Origin: Octopus sinensis
Lineage: Eukaryota
Direction: 5' to 3'
Assembly: GCF_006345805.1 (NCBI RefSeq)
Contig: NC_043013.1
Span: forward strand, 32,240,001 to 32,304,000
Length of the DNA: 64,000 bases
The notes under the pieces were generated by a model. That model was not told the origin of the DNA. It ran no database searches and saw only the letters and a program-made list of their open reading frames with translations. Position numbers and translations under genes: made by a program. Positions 39,880 through 52,072 of this stretch are shown piece by piece; the stretch's first letter is position 1; the number at the start of each line of letters is the position of its first letter.

Positions 39880-41138
39880 CTAAAGATGAAATCATCGCTG
39901 GAGCCCGTTTCACGTAGGTAATGTTCTAGCGAATCACGACATCAGGTGTATTGAAGTGGCTGCTGAACGTTCACGCTACATGCCTTTTTTTTACCCCGTA
40001 AATAAAGATAAAGTTCTCTTGCAGTAATTTTTATTAGTATGTAAAACTAGTAACAACACTATTGAATCTATGACAAGGGTTGCTGTAGATATCTGTGCCA
40101 AACTGTTAAAATGGATTCCAGTAATCTTGAGTATGAAATATTTCTTATAAAGTAAATAATCTATTCTGTTATAAGCAGAAGACCTGAAATTTTGGAAGAA
40201 GGGTCTAATTGATTTTATCAACCCTCATCACTTCATTAGTACATATTTTATCCACCCCGAAAATATGGACGGCAAGTTGGATCTTGGTAGTATTTGAATT
40301 CAAAACGTAAAGCCAGAAAAATTAATGCCGCTAAGCATTTCGACCGACATTCTAACGATTCTATCAGCTTGCCGCCTTATATGGAAAAAAATTACTTTAG
40401 AAAAAATCAATTTTATGAATTTGTCAGCAGTAAAATTTGAAAATGGCATTGAAAGAGCGAACGAATCAATTGACCGTTCTATTTTTCGAGATGTGAATAC
40501 CACTGAGAATTCTAGAAATAGATGCGAAGGGGGGAAAGGAAAAAAAGACAAAATAACCAATATTCTAATTTAAATCGTGTCGATAATCGTGAATGGCTCG
40601 TCATTCACACACTGGGAACAACAGTTTGTTTGTTATTTTCAATTTCTGAACATCAAAAATATAACATACATACATACATACAAACTATATAAATCATATA
40701 CATACATCATACATCATACATACATACATCATACCTACATCACATACATACATACTATATGCCTATGTAACATATGTGAATATATATAAGAGAGAGAGGG
40801 GGGAGAAATAGATAGAATACATAGGTATATATATAGATATATATATATATATTATATATATATAGTATTGTGTGTGGTGGTGTTGTGTGTGTGTGTATCC
40901 CGATATATGCACATATATATATTATATATATGTTGTGTGGGTGTGTATCCCGATATACATGCATACATATATATACATATATATATTATATAGATATATA
41001 TATTACAATCCAGAGAGAGAGAAAAGTGAAAGATGTATATATGTATGTATAAAGAAAGATATAAATATATGTATGTTTATAAAATATAGTTTATAAGTAG
41101 GTATATACATGTATATAGATGTACACAGGTATATATGC

Positions 41139-41177
<39 letters not shown>

Positions 41178-43179
41178 TATTAATATATATATCTACATGA
41201 TATGTGTATGTATATTTGAATGGATAAATATATGCATTATGAGCGTGTATGTGTGTGTGTACCTCTATGCATACACTTCAGTCTTTAAAGCGAATAACCT
41301 CTTTATAACCTGCAAAGTCATTGGGTCATAAATCCTACACAGTAGGCAAATATTTCGAGAGCAATATTTTACTGTAAGCTTCTCCTTTGACTCTTTACGC
41401 AATAGGGAATAATTTGCTTTCGGCTATCTTACGCTCGCAGTACCCTTTAATGGCTTCCTACTTTGGCATCTATCACGAATATTCAAATTTGCTTCAAGGC
41501 CCACAAAATTTTAAATTGATTTTAGCCTTTATAATTCTTTTGAAAATCTTTTACCTAGAGGAAGCCTACTAAGAAAAAGACATATGTGTCTCGTAATCAT
41601 GTTTGGATTCATAGAGCTATTCTTCACATCAAACTTTAGTGTCATTCTCAATGCAATACTGTTACCTATCATTTAAAAATGAAGCTTACAGCTAAATGAG
41701 CGGCAAAATATAAGGAAATAAATCCTGGGTATCTCTCCAAGAAATTTATATTTATTCATGTCAAATTTTTTTTATCATTTAGTGAACCTAATATTACGCT
41801 TGAACACAGGCGAATGAGGATGTCTCTATGTTATCATTACACTTGCTTGAGAAACAACCAAATCACCCACGAATGGTAACTGAACCAGTTCAAACCATGA
41901 TGGGAGCATGAACAAATGCAGTTGTAGGTGCAGTATGTTCGGAAGGTAGATGAGGTGAACATGGACGGAATACCTATGATGATATGTCTGCTGAATCGCT
42001 TAGACCTAAACTGTGGTTAGCAAAGGAGAGCAATAACATATGCCGAAGGGCAAAAAAGGGACCGGTTCGTTATACCAAGTAGGGCTTTATTTTTTTTATT
42101 GAAACACAAGGCCAGTAACTTTTAATAGGAGGGACTTAGACGATACTGTCTACCCCAATACTTGAGTGATATTTTTTTATCGATCCCGGACGGATGAAAT
42201 GCAAAGTTGATCCCAATGCGATTTGATCTTAGAATTTTAAAAACTTGAAGAAAAAACCCAGCGTTTTAAATCCAATGATTTTGCAAGATGGCTGCCTTGC
42301 AGTATATACTGATAATATAAATAATGTTATCCGAATGGAGATGATTTCCAGTTTGCTTTAAACCTCAACCATAAATCTGATGCTTCGAGCAAGTAGCCAG
42401 CGTTTTTAATATAACTATTTAGAAAATCTTTATATGGAACATCAATATTGATGTGGATTTTGATATGATTTTCGTATTAATCCCGAGGAGATTGAAAATC
42501 AAATAAAGCTTTCGTGATGGCTCCCTCCCATTGGTTTGAAGGTCCCTCGTTGGCTCCTTGTTCGAGGCTTTTGATTTATGGTGCAGGTTTATAATGATTT
42601 AAAAGATTTCTGCACCAAATAGGTTACATTATTTATATTATATAACAGAACTATTGTCCTATGGTATGTTTATGTCGCAGTTCAGGGCTAACACGAGATT
42701 GGCACTAGTACAACAAATATATGATCAAAGGAATTCTACCCATGACAATCCCATCTAACATTCAGACCCTAATATATCTAAAACTACATTATTCTCTATG
42801 TATTTTTTTTTTTTTCATTTTTATGGATAGTTGGCTGTGATTTGTAAGAAGATTGGGTTTTAATTTTAACAGGTGTAGCAATCACTTATAGGCTTTAAAA
42901 CCTATCTGTGTTCATATTTGTCTCTGAAATATTAGACATAGCTGGTCGTTGATCTGCTCGCGTATTTGGGTATAAATAACAACAATGAAAATAATATGAA
43001 ACCACCCTTGAGTAAATGTCATTAATTATGTTATTTGTAAATTAGAAAGATTTTTAATTCTAACTTATTTCGAAAGCGTGCTCAATAAAACCTCTCATTT
43101 TAATCTGATTGGGATACTAATAAATCCAGTGATTTACCATTCCAGTATCCGACGTCATGTCTAAATCTCTGCATGTTTT

Positions 43180-43181
43180 TG

Positions 43182-43222
<41 letters not shown>

Positions 43223-43399
43223 CGTGCGTGTGTGTGTGTGTGTGTGTGTGTAGGCATAAGTATAATAGTGAGTGAGTGAGTGAATGAGTGAGTCAGTGAG
43301 TCAGTGAGTGGGTGAGTGAGTGAGTGGGTGAGTGAGTGAGTGAGTGAGTGAGTGAGTGAGTGAGTGAGTGGGTGAGTGAGTGAGTGGATGGGTGAGTGA

Positions 43400-43437
<38 letters not shown>

Positions 43438-43460
43438 GTGTGTGTGTCTGTGTGTGTGTG
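43180..43460. repeat. (TG)n and (TGAG)n microsatellites
   Basis: Direct reading. Confidence 0.95.
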
Positions 43461-43531
43461 TATGTAGGCAAGCCCGTGCAAAACAGGAAATAAACTTAAG
43501 TTAGATGTGAAAAAGAGCGCCCATTTTGACT

Positions 43532-43631
43532 NNNNNNNNNNNNNNNNNNNNNNNNNNNNNNNNNNNNNNNNNNNNNNNNNNNNNNNNNNNNNNNNNNNNN
43601 NNNNNNNNNNNNNNNNNNNNNNNNNNNNNNN
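43532..43631. other. Assembly gap of 100 N
   Basis: Direct reading; true distance and contiguity across it are unknown. Confidence 1.
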
Positions 43632-43733
43632 CCCTCAGTCATCAGTCAAGAACCAGATCATCTTCGCAATTCGCTGATTAATCTTGAGATTGCTCCGATC
43701 TGGGCAGCCCCCCAAAGGAATATGATATACATC

Positions 43734-43856
43734 AATTATTAGAGAGTTATCCACTATGTGGATAACTCTAGTGCTAAAAATAGCTCCGAAGCAACCACAG
43801 AAGATCTGTTTCCAACTAGAATCAACATACATTTAACGGATAACTCTCTAATAATT
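43734..43856. repeat. 123 bp element with perfect 19 bp terminal inverted repeats and an internal hairpin
   Basis: AATTATTAGAGAGTTATCC / GGATAACTCTCTAATAATT; AGAGTTATCCAC-TAT-GTGGATAACTCT. Confidence 0.75.
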
Positions 43857-44418
43857 TATGTATAAATTTGTATTTTCTCCGTAGTTTTTTGTGCTAAGCC
43901 ACTTGGTGTTAAATTAATGGTATTATTAAATTAATATCGATTTTTCACCCTCATTTATAATAATTATATATATATATATATAAATTAGAAAAAAACCCAC
44001 CTGTTATCAATTCAAAATGAACAACTAAATTACACCGTCTAGAAAATTACATATAATAGAAATATTAAATATACGATAAAAATAATATACCGATGATTAA
44101 GTAATGTGCAAAATAATAAATAAAACGTATATACTTGGTAGAATTAGGCGACGTGTTTCGTGGCTATATTTAAGAAATAAATATAGCCTTAGGAGCCTTA
44201 TAGATCTGATGTAGTGATTTTTCGGACAAATTGACCTTTCCTCATGATATAAGACACATGAACCCACATCGTAATTTTCAAACAAACCAGCGCTTCATTG
44301 TATAACAAACTATACTCTTTGAATTACTGTTAACATTCACACAGAGGTCTACTATACAATTCTAATCCACCCACTATTATTGACAAAGTACAGGTCGACC
44401 TAAAATCACGCTCTAGAA

Positions 44419-44583
44419 CAGTGATTCCCAACCTTTTCACTACCAATGACGCCTTTTATTTCAATGAGTTTTCCCGCGGAGCCCAGGATATTGAAATGTC
44501 TGTCAGCTTACCATGTTCACGGATCCTCAGTATTACCTTTGCGAACCACCAGAGATTCGCGGACCAAAGGTTGGAAACTACTG
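44419..44583. mobile_element. hAT-type MITE (165 bp)
   Basis: Ends CAGTGATTCCCAACCTTT / AAAGGTTGGAAACTACTG; 8 bp target-site duplication CTCTAGAA / CTCTAGAG. Confidence 0.9.
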
Positions 44584-44682
44584 CTCTAGAGTCAAACGCA
44601 GGACCTCGTAGCTGTTTAATGAGTGGCCGGTAGCATGAATCGGGACAACACAAATGAAGAATGGTATATCAAATATCGTGTG

Positions 44683-44905
44683 GAGGCCCATAGCTTAGTG
44701 GTTGGGGTGTTGGGCTTGTGATCGTAAGATTTTGGTTTCGATTCCTGGATCGGCCGATGCGTTGTGTTCTTGAGCAAAACACTTCATTTCACGTTGCTCC
44801 AATCAACTCAAATGATAAAAATGAGCAATCCTGCGACGAACCGGCGTCCCGTTCTAGGAGGAATATATACGCCAGAGAAATCGGCGCTATGCACAAATCC
44901 TTTTC
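44683..44905 (+). mobile_element. tRNA SINE with CORE-like and V-like segments (family D)
   Basis: GGTTTCGATTCCTGG B box, TTCTTGAGCAAAACACTT core, CCTGCGACGAACCGGCGTCCCG. Confidence 0.7.
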
Positions 44906-44949
44906 TACTCTAGGTACAGGGCCCGAAATTTTTTGAGTAGGGACCAGTC

Positions 44950-45262
44950 TGCTATTTAATTTATCAACCCCGAAAGGATGAAAGACAAAGTCGACCGCGA
45001 CGGAATTTGAACTCAGAACATAAAGACAAACGAAATACCTATTTCTTTACTACCCACAAGGGGCTAAACACAGAGAGGACAAACAAGGACAAACAAACGG
45101 ATTAAGTCGATTATATCGACCCCAGTGCGTAACTGGTACTTATTTAATCGACCCCGAAAGGATGAAAGGCAAAGTCGACCTCGGCAGAATTTGAACTCAG
45201 AACGTAGCGGCAGACGAAATACGGCTACGCATTTCGCCCGGCGTGCTAACCTTTCTGCCAGC
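44950..45262 (-). mobile_element. Family B dimeric SINE
   Basis: Two modules with the family spacer. Confidence 0.9.
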
Positions 45263-45498
45263 ATCGAACAAGGTAAGGTTTTGCTTTGATTTATCGAAAT
45301 TATATTCACAATGAAATAAGGTACTGTTGAGCTTTTGCACAGTTCCTGCTTACCAAATTCTACCTTCAAGATATTAATGAAGCCGAGGTTATGGTAGAAA
45401 CCTATTTTCGTATTTTACAGTGTTGTACAATTAAACTGGGAACCAACTGGTTGCCAAGTAAAATTCCTCATTAGAAATCCATCCCTGGTTACCAAATG

Positions 45499-45715
45499 CG
45501 ACGGGATGGTGAAAACTTCCTGGTTTTGGGTAGAAGAAAATACAGGAGGATCAGTTAATTATAATTTTACTCAGCATATTCCCCTCTCAGATTCGCACAT
45601 TTATTGCAGCAGTCCTTCAGCTTTCTTAATTCCTGTAAAAGAACTTGGAAGATTGAGTCTCCGACCAGGCCTCTTGCGACACCCTTAAAGCCAGGAAGTT
45701 TTCAGCACCTTCTCG
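45499..45715. mobile_element. ~215 bp mariner-type MITE
   Basis: Right end CCAGGAAGTTTTCAGCACCTTCTCG|TA; interior matches 56613-56824. Confidence 0.8.
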
Positions 45716-46549
45716 TAACTGCAGAGGCAGGTGGATTTTATAAGAGACAGAAAATCGAAGAAAATCCTAATTTGTTTTTATTCTCAATTATTCTTACGCG
45801 CAGAGATCAAATTTCAACATGTAATTTCGTCGGTAATTCACAATTTTGTCGGATAACAGTAGAATCTGAACCACTAGTATATTAAGGAAGATGCAATTAT
45901 TTATAACCCATTGCCCAGAACATTTTTTCTGTGCTTAACGTAATCAAAAGAAAATCGATATTTTGCAGTCCTAGAAGCAAGACAACAATTGAAACCGCCA
46001 TTGTTTGCTGTCTTTGACAGTAGCCTTATTTACCGCACGATTCCTGTTTCCTATCATTTCGATACATTCTAAAAGATTCGTAACACACCAACCGTTATTT
46101 TAGTTCTCTGAAACCCCCACTTAGCATTCTCTACTTTGGTTGCATAAACATTACAGAAGCAATAAAGTATTTGCATAGCAACCTTAGGATTAGAAGCTAT
46201 TTTAATTAAATTGCTATTTCTATTGACATTCACTCCCAATGTTTGGAGCTCTTTCAAATAGCAAGGGGAAAATTCTGTATGCATGTGTATTTATTTACAT
46301 ACATATGCACGTAGAAGGCTCAGAGATATACATACGATACATACGCATACAGGCGAAGCAACGCATACATGTACGAATATGTATGCGAGTGGGTATGCAC
46401 ATGCACAGATAAACAGGCAGATAGAAAAAGAGAGAAAGAGAGAGAAAAAGAGAGAGATTCTTATTCAAAGCTATGCATACATGCATATATATACATGTGA
46501 ATACACACATATGCACACACACATTTATATATACGTACATATATGCATA

Positions 46550-46674
46550 TGAATACACATGTATACATGTATATATATATATATGTATATATACATGTAT
46601 ATGTATATACATATATATATTCATATATTTATATATATACATATATCTATATATGTGTATATATATATATATAC

Positions 46675-46705
<31 letters not shown>

Positions 46706-46734
46706 TCATATATTTATATATATACATATATCTA

Positions 46735-46767
<33 letters not shown>

Positions 46768-46796
46768 TCATATATTTATATATATACATATATCTA

Positions 46797-46843
<47 letters not shown>

Positions 46844-46980
46844 CATATATACATATGTGTGTGTATATATATATATATATATATGTATACGCACATAATA
46901 TATGTATGTATATGTATATATTTAATGTGTGTGTTTGTGTTGTGTGTGTGTGTGCGTGTGTATATGTGTGTGCGTGTATG

Positions 46981-47030
<50 letters not shown>
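46550..47030. repeat. (TA)n/(TG)n microsatellite with a ~60-85 bp higher-order repeat
   Basis: TTCATATATTTATATATATACATATATCTATATATG recurs near 46620, 46706 and 46767. Confidence 0.9.
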
Positions 47031-47788
47031 TGTAATGCATGTATATCGTGATAATAAGAAGTGGCTAAGTAGTTTGAAGCATGAACTGTCGGCGAGGCAG
47101 TAAACAAACTGACAGACGGATGTATAACTTTCCCCTATTAACATATTAATATTCCTTATCAAATTCGACATGATCGATATGGTAGAAATAACAGATAATC
47201 AGCGGAATGGTGGATGGCCCGTGGTATTTCGTCGCCAATAAAACACTGCTTCTATGGTCAAAATGATTGACAATCTAGGACAAGTCAAATACAGTTGTAA
47301 ATAAACGACACAGGGTGTATTGTATTCGACAATCCTAAAACAATGTGTATTTTAATATCCCGCACAGAATGCTCTTACTGTTCTCTGTATGTGTTTGGGG
47401 AAGTGAAAGAAGCACGTAAGATAAGTTTTACCTGCTGTTGTGGATTCATATATTTTTATGTTTTATTTGTGTCATTCATTAGAGAAGACCGTATTGGTGT
47501 ACCACCTCAAACAAATTGCCCAAGTAGTTTTTGTTTTTCTTTCTCTCTCTTTCTCTTTCTTTCTATCTTGTTTTGTTTGTTTTGCTACGGTGATGTAAGC
47601 AGACCAACACCGGTTGCCAAGAAACTCACGCACACACATACACACGCACACATATACACACACACGCACACATACATACACACACATACAATACACTCGC
47701 ACACAAACACATCACCATCATCATCGTTTAATACCTATATTCCATACTGGCATGGATTTAGTATATGTATATGGATACAGATGGATAA

Positions 47789-47861
<73 letters not shown>

Positions 47862-47988
47862 CAGACATGTATATAAACATATATATGTATGTGTGTATAG
47901 ATAGATATATACATATATATAGTAGAATGATAAAAAGGTACTTATATATATATATACACATATATATATTATAATATATATAAGACAT

Positions 47989-48028
<40 letters not shown>

Positions 48029-48035
48029 TTATATA

Positions 48036-48116
<81 letters not shown>

Positions 48117-48198
48117 CAATTGCAGCTGGAAGGTGTTTGTAAGCCATTTAAGAAAAACACACAAAAGCCGTTCGATTGACTTCAACATTTAAGTTTAA

Positions 48199-48249
48199 TT
48201 TGTCAAAATATTTTCGTCGCTTTAAGACCGCGACCTGTACACTGACAAA
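48199..48249 (-). ncRNA. Minimal type I hammerhead with G3:C8 core variant
   Basis: Minus strand: TTTGTCA-GTGTACA-G-GTCGC(9 nt)GCGAC-GAA-AATATT-T-TGACAAA; perfect 7 bp stem I, 5 bp stem II, palindromic stem III; A6 is U in this copy. Confidence 0.68.
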
Positions 48250-48501
48250 ATTCCACGCTGCAATTGTTTTCGTTTCAGCACACGATCTCAGATCAAATCA
48301 CTTGCTATGCAGGTACATCTCCGTAAATATATATATATCTCAAGATTAATCAGCTGAAGTTGCGAGGATGATCCGTTTCTTGACTGAAGATTAGAGGCTT
48401 CGAATGACCCGTCCATTTTTTTGTGTCGTCTATTTGAATGTTTTGCGTTCTTGTCCTATTTTGTATTTTTGTATATATTTTTTATACATATATACATATA
48501 C

Positions 48502-48557
<56 letters not shown>

Positions 48558-48706
48558 AAGTATATATACATATATATATATACATATATATATATACATA
48601 TATATATATACATATATATATATATACATATATGTATGTATTGTATATATACATATATATTTATAGACATATATGTATGTATATGTAATATAACTATTAT
48701 ATAGAC

Positions 48707-48762
<56 letters not shown>

Positions 48763-48780
48763 ATATAATATATATATATA

Positions 48781-48817
<37 letters not shown>

Positions 48818-48914
48818 ATTAAAGATAAAATCACTTTAATGATCTTATCAAGTGGTCAGCGTGTAAAAAAAACCTCATAGGTAATTTCTGTATACTATAT
48901 TTATAATTTTATAC

Positions 48915-49297
48915 ATAATTATATCAAAGGGATCGGAAAACCTCTCCACACGCTAGACATGAATGCCAAATGGCACTTAAATCCACCTTATATCACCTAT
49001 AGCACCGGTTGTAAACGAGCAAATGAAAAATAATAAATACAATTTCCCATTTAATTGTGTATCGGACCAATTTCGAGCTAAAAGTAACAAAATACTTACT
49101 GCTCTCTTCAGCACAAATATTCTGAAGCATAGAAGCACAAATATACATACATACTCATACGAACACCAAAGTCGCACGACCGTATACATACATTTGCACG
49201 TATGTACTTGGGAAAGTCGAATTTACATTTTTTTTTAAATTTCAACCGTCTATGTCTAGCGTGTGGTGTGGTTTTCCGATCCCTTTGATATAATTAT
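48915..49297. mobile_element. 383 bp element with 46 bp terminal inverted repeats and an internal hammerhead
   Basis: 48915-48960 is the reverse complement of 49252-49297 with 2 mismatches. Confidence 0.8.
49060..49117 (-). ncRNA. Type I hammerhead ribozyme motif
   Basis: Minus strand: TTTGTG-CTGAAGA-GAGC(AGTAA..TTACT)GCTC-GAAA-TTG-GTC-CGATA; GUC triplet; stem I decayed. Confidence 0.65.
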
Positions 49298-49298
49298 A

Positions 49299-49336
<38 letters not shown>

Positions 49337-49358
49337 CATACATACATACATACATACA

Positions 49359-49393
<35 letters not shown>

Positions 49394-49828
49394 ATGCATG
49401 TATGTATACGACGAACTTGCACAAAGTTTCAGTCATCCAAATTCATTTACAAGAGATTGATTGACCCAGGGCTACAGTTGGAGACATTTCGTCAAGGTAC
49501 CGTGCAGTGGGACAGAACCTGAAACTCCATGGCCCCAAAATGAACTTAACCATTCAACCATACTTTCACCCGTGCTAAAATTACCTAAGCTTTTTCATTC
49601 ACAAAGTCTGCCATTAAGGTCGATGCATGACAAAAACCGTAAAGACATCGGCTTAACCCCCGTTTGCATTTTGAGCTCAGGTCTAAACAGCCCCGCCAAA
49701 AAAAACAAAGTTGACGTTGCCATTCCTTTTCCAGACGTCGATAAAAATCAAACTTCAGGTCGATTCGACTCGTTGTGGAAATGAATCTATTCCAAATGAA
49801 CCGTTTTACGCACCAGAGCTGTTAGGTA

Positions 49829-51110
49829 CGAGAGGCGTTCAATAAGTAATGCCTCTGACCCACTTGCAGTTGTTTGATCTAGCTGAAAGTTTACATGTGC
49901 AATTATTTTATCTCTATAGATTAGTGGAAATTACAGCTCTGAACTAATTGTGTTTCTGATTTACAGGTGTTTGAACTGAGTCAAGTGTGAAATGGAGCCT
50001 GTTGAGTGTCGAGCAGTGATCCGGGTTTTGTATTTGAAAGGACGCACACCACGGGAGACTTTTGATGAAATGAAAGTAACTATGGTGATGCCCCATCATA
50101 TGACCTTGTAAAACGCTGGCATCGTGAATTCAAACATGGTCGGAACTCTGTGGAAACAGCTCCCAGATATGGTCGTCCCCGTTCTGCCATTGATGAGGCT
50201 TCTGTCCGTCAAGTTGAGGCTGCCATTTTGGAAGATCGACGCATAACTATTCGCCAAATAGCCCCGAGGTCAAGATTAGTACCGGGTCTGTGAAAACTAT
50301 CATTCATGACCATTTGCATATGCAAAGGAGGTGTCTGCCAGATGGATTCCCAGGTTGCTCACACCTTTCCAGAAGCAAGAACGCGTCGGTGCTCGAGGAT
50401 GAATTTGGAGATGTGCCAAGATGAGTCAAAATTTTTCAAAAGACTGATTACACAGGATGAAACCTGGGTCCATCACTATGATCCAGAGACCAAAGCCCAG
50501 TCAATGCAGTGGAAGCACCGTGACTCACTCCTCCAAATAAGGCAAGGGTGCAACCCTCCGCTGGCAAGGTCATGCTCACAGTCTTCTGGGACCAGGATGG
50601 AGTAGTGATGACAGATGTCCTGGCAAAGGGTACCACAATTACAGGAGCCTATTATGCTTCACTTTTGAGGAAATTAAGAGAAGCTATCAAAATCAAGAGG
50701 CGGGGCAAGATCAGCAAAGGCATCCTCCTCTTGCAGGACAACGCTCCGGTTCACAACTCGCGTGTCGCCAGATCAGAAACACAGGCGTGCGGCTATGAAC
50801 TCCTCCCCCATCCCCCCTACTCTCCTGACCTTGCACCCTCTGATTTTCACCTCTTCCCAGTCATGAAGTTGTTTTTGAAAGGAAAGCGTTTCCCAGATGA
50901 TGCAGCCTTGATTTCTGAAGTCACGTCGCGGTTGGAGGACCAAGCTGGGGTCTTCTACAAAAACGGTCTCCAGAGCTGCATTAAACGATGGGAGAAATGC
51001 GTAACTCTGGGTGGTTCCTATGTAAAAAAAAGACTAATAACTGTGCCAAGTTTCGTTGCTCTACTGCTATGGGAAGTGGGTCAGGGGCATTACTTATTGA
51101 ACGCCCCTCG
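49829..51110 (+). mobile_element. Full-length mariner (1282 bp, DD34D, irritans-like), transposase frameshifted
   Basis: Near-perfect ~30 bp terminal repeats CGAG(A/G)GGCGTTCAATAAGTAATGCC with TA; ATG 49992; ITQDETW, QDNAP, YSPDLAPSDF with 34-residue spacing. Confidence 0.97.
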
Positions 51111-51649
51111 TATTAACAAACTAGAATGTTAATACATTTTTATATTTTCAAGTCCTCATGCGTAGCATACAATATATCTATAGGGAAAATGGAATCTATA
51201 TCGTTCGTTTATAAATATACAAACATTTATGCAAAATTTTATATCAACAACGTCAATAAAACGTTGTGTAGTGTGGTAGGCGATGGTATATAAATATGTG
51301 TGGAACTGTGACGATGAGAGGCACGTGTTGTTCGGTAGAAGAGTGTGTGTGCCTGCCTCCATATATACATATAAAGCATAAGTATATTGAGCTCTTACAA
51401 CAGATTATTAGTATCGCTATGCAAAAGCGCAATCATAAAATACGTACGTACACACACGCACGCACACACCGCACGCACACACACACACTATGACACACAC
51501 ACACATCACAGTCACGCATACATAGGCTCACACATTCATATATATGCACACACGCGCGCACATGTGTATATACATATGTTTATGTATCTTTATATACATG
51601 CATGTATATTCAGATATATGTGTGTGTATGCATGCGTGCGTGTGTGTAG

Positions 51650-51683
51650 ACAGATAGATATACAGACAGACAGACAGATAGGC

Positions 51684-51747
<64 letters not shown>

Positions 51748-51748
51748 C

Positions 51749-51818
<70 letters not shown>

Positions 51819-51820
51819 GT

Positions 51821-51876
<56 letters not shown>

Positions 51877-51894
51877 GTTAGATAGATAGATAGC

Positions 51895-51942
<48 letters not shown>

Positions 51943-51986
51943 GTTAGATAGATAGAGAGATAGATAGATAGATAGATAGATAGAGT

Positions 51987-52071
<85 letters not shown>
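51650..52071. repeat. (GATA)n array with GAGTTA variant units
   Basis: Direct reading. Confidence 0.97.

Positions 52072-52072
<1 letters not shown>

Noticed and set aside
39855-39992. Possible Pol III ncRNA or C/D snoRNA ending in a T run
   Set aside because: No good C box, terminal stem or recognisable match to U3, 7SK, SRP, RNase P or MRP
40070-40150. CAKLLKWIPVIL, reminiscent of ZDHHC2/20-type N-termini
   Set aside because: Similarity stops after a few residues; the expected WSYYAY continuation is absent and the frame closes
43747-43765. Inverted TTATCCAC pair resembling DnaA boxes
   Set aside because: Eukaryotic repeat context; part of a small inverted-repeat element
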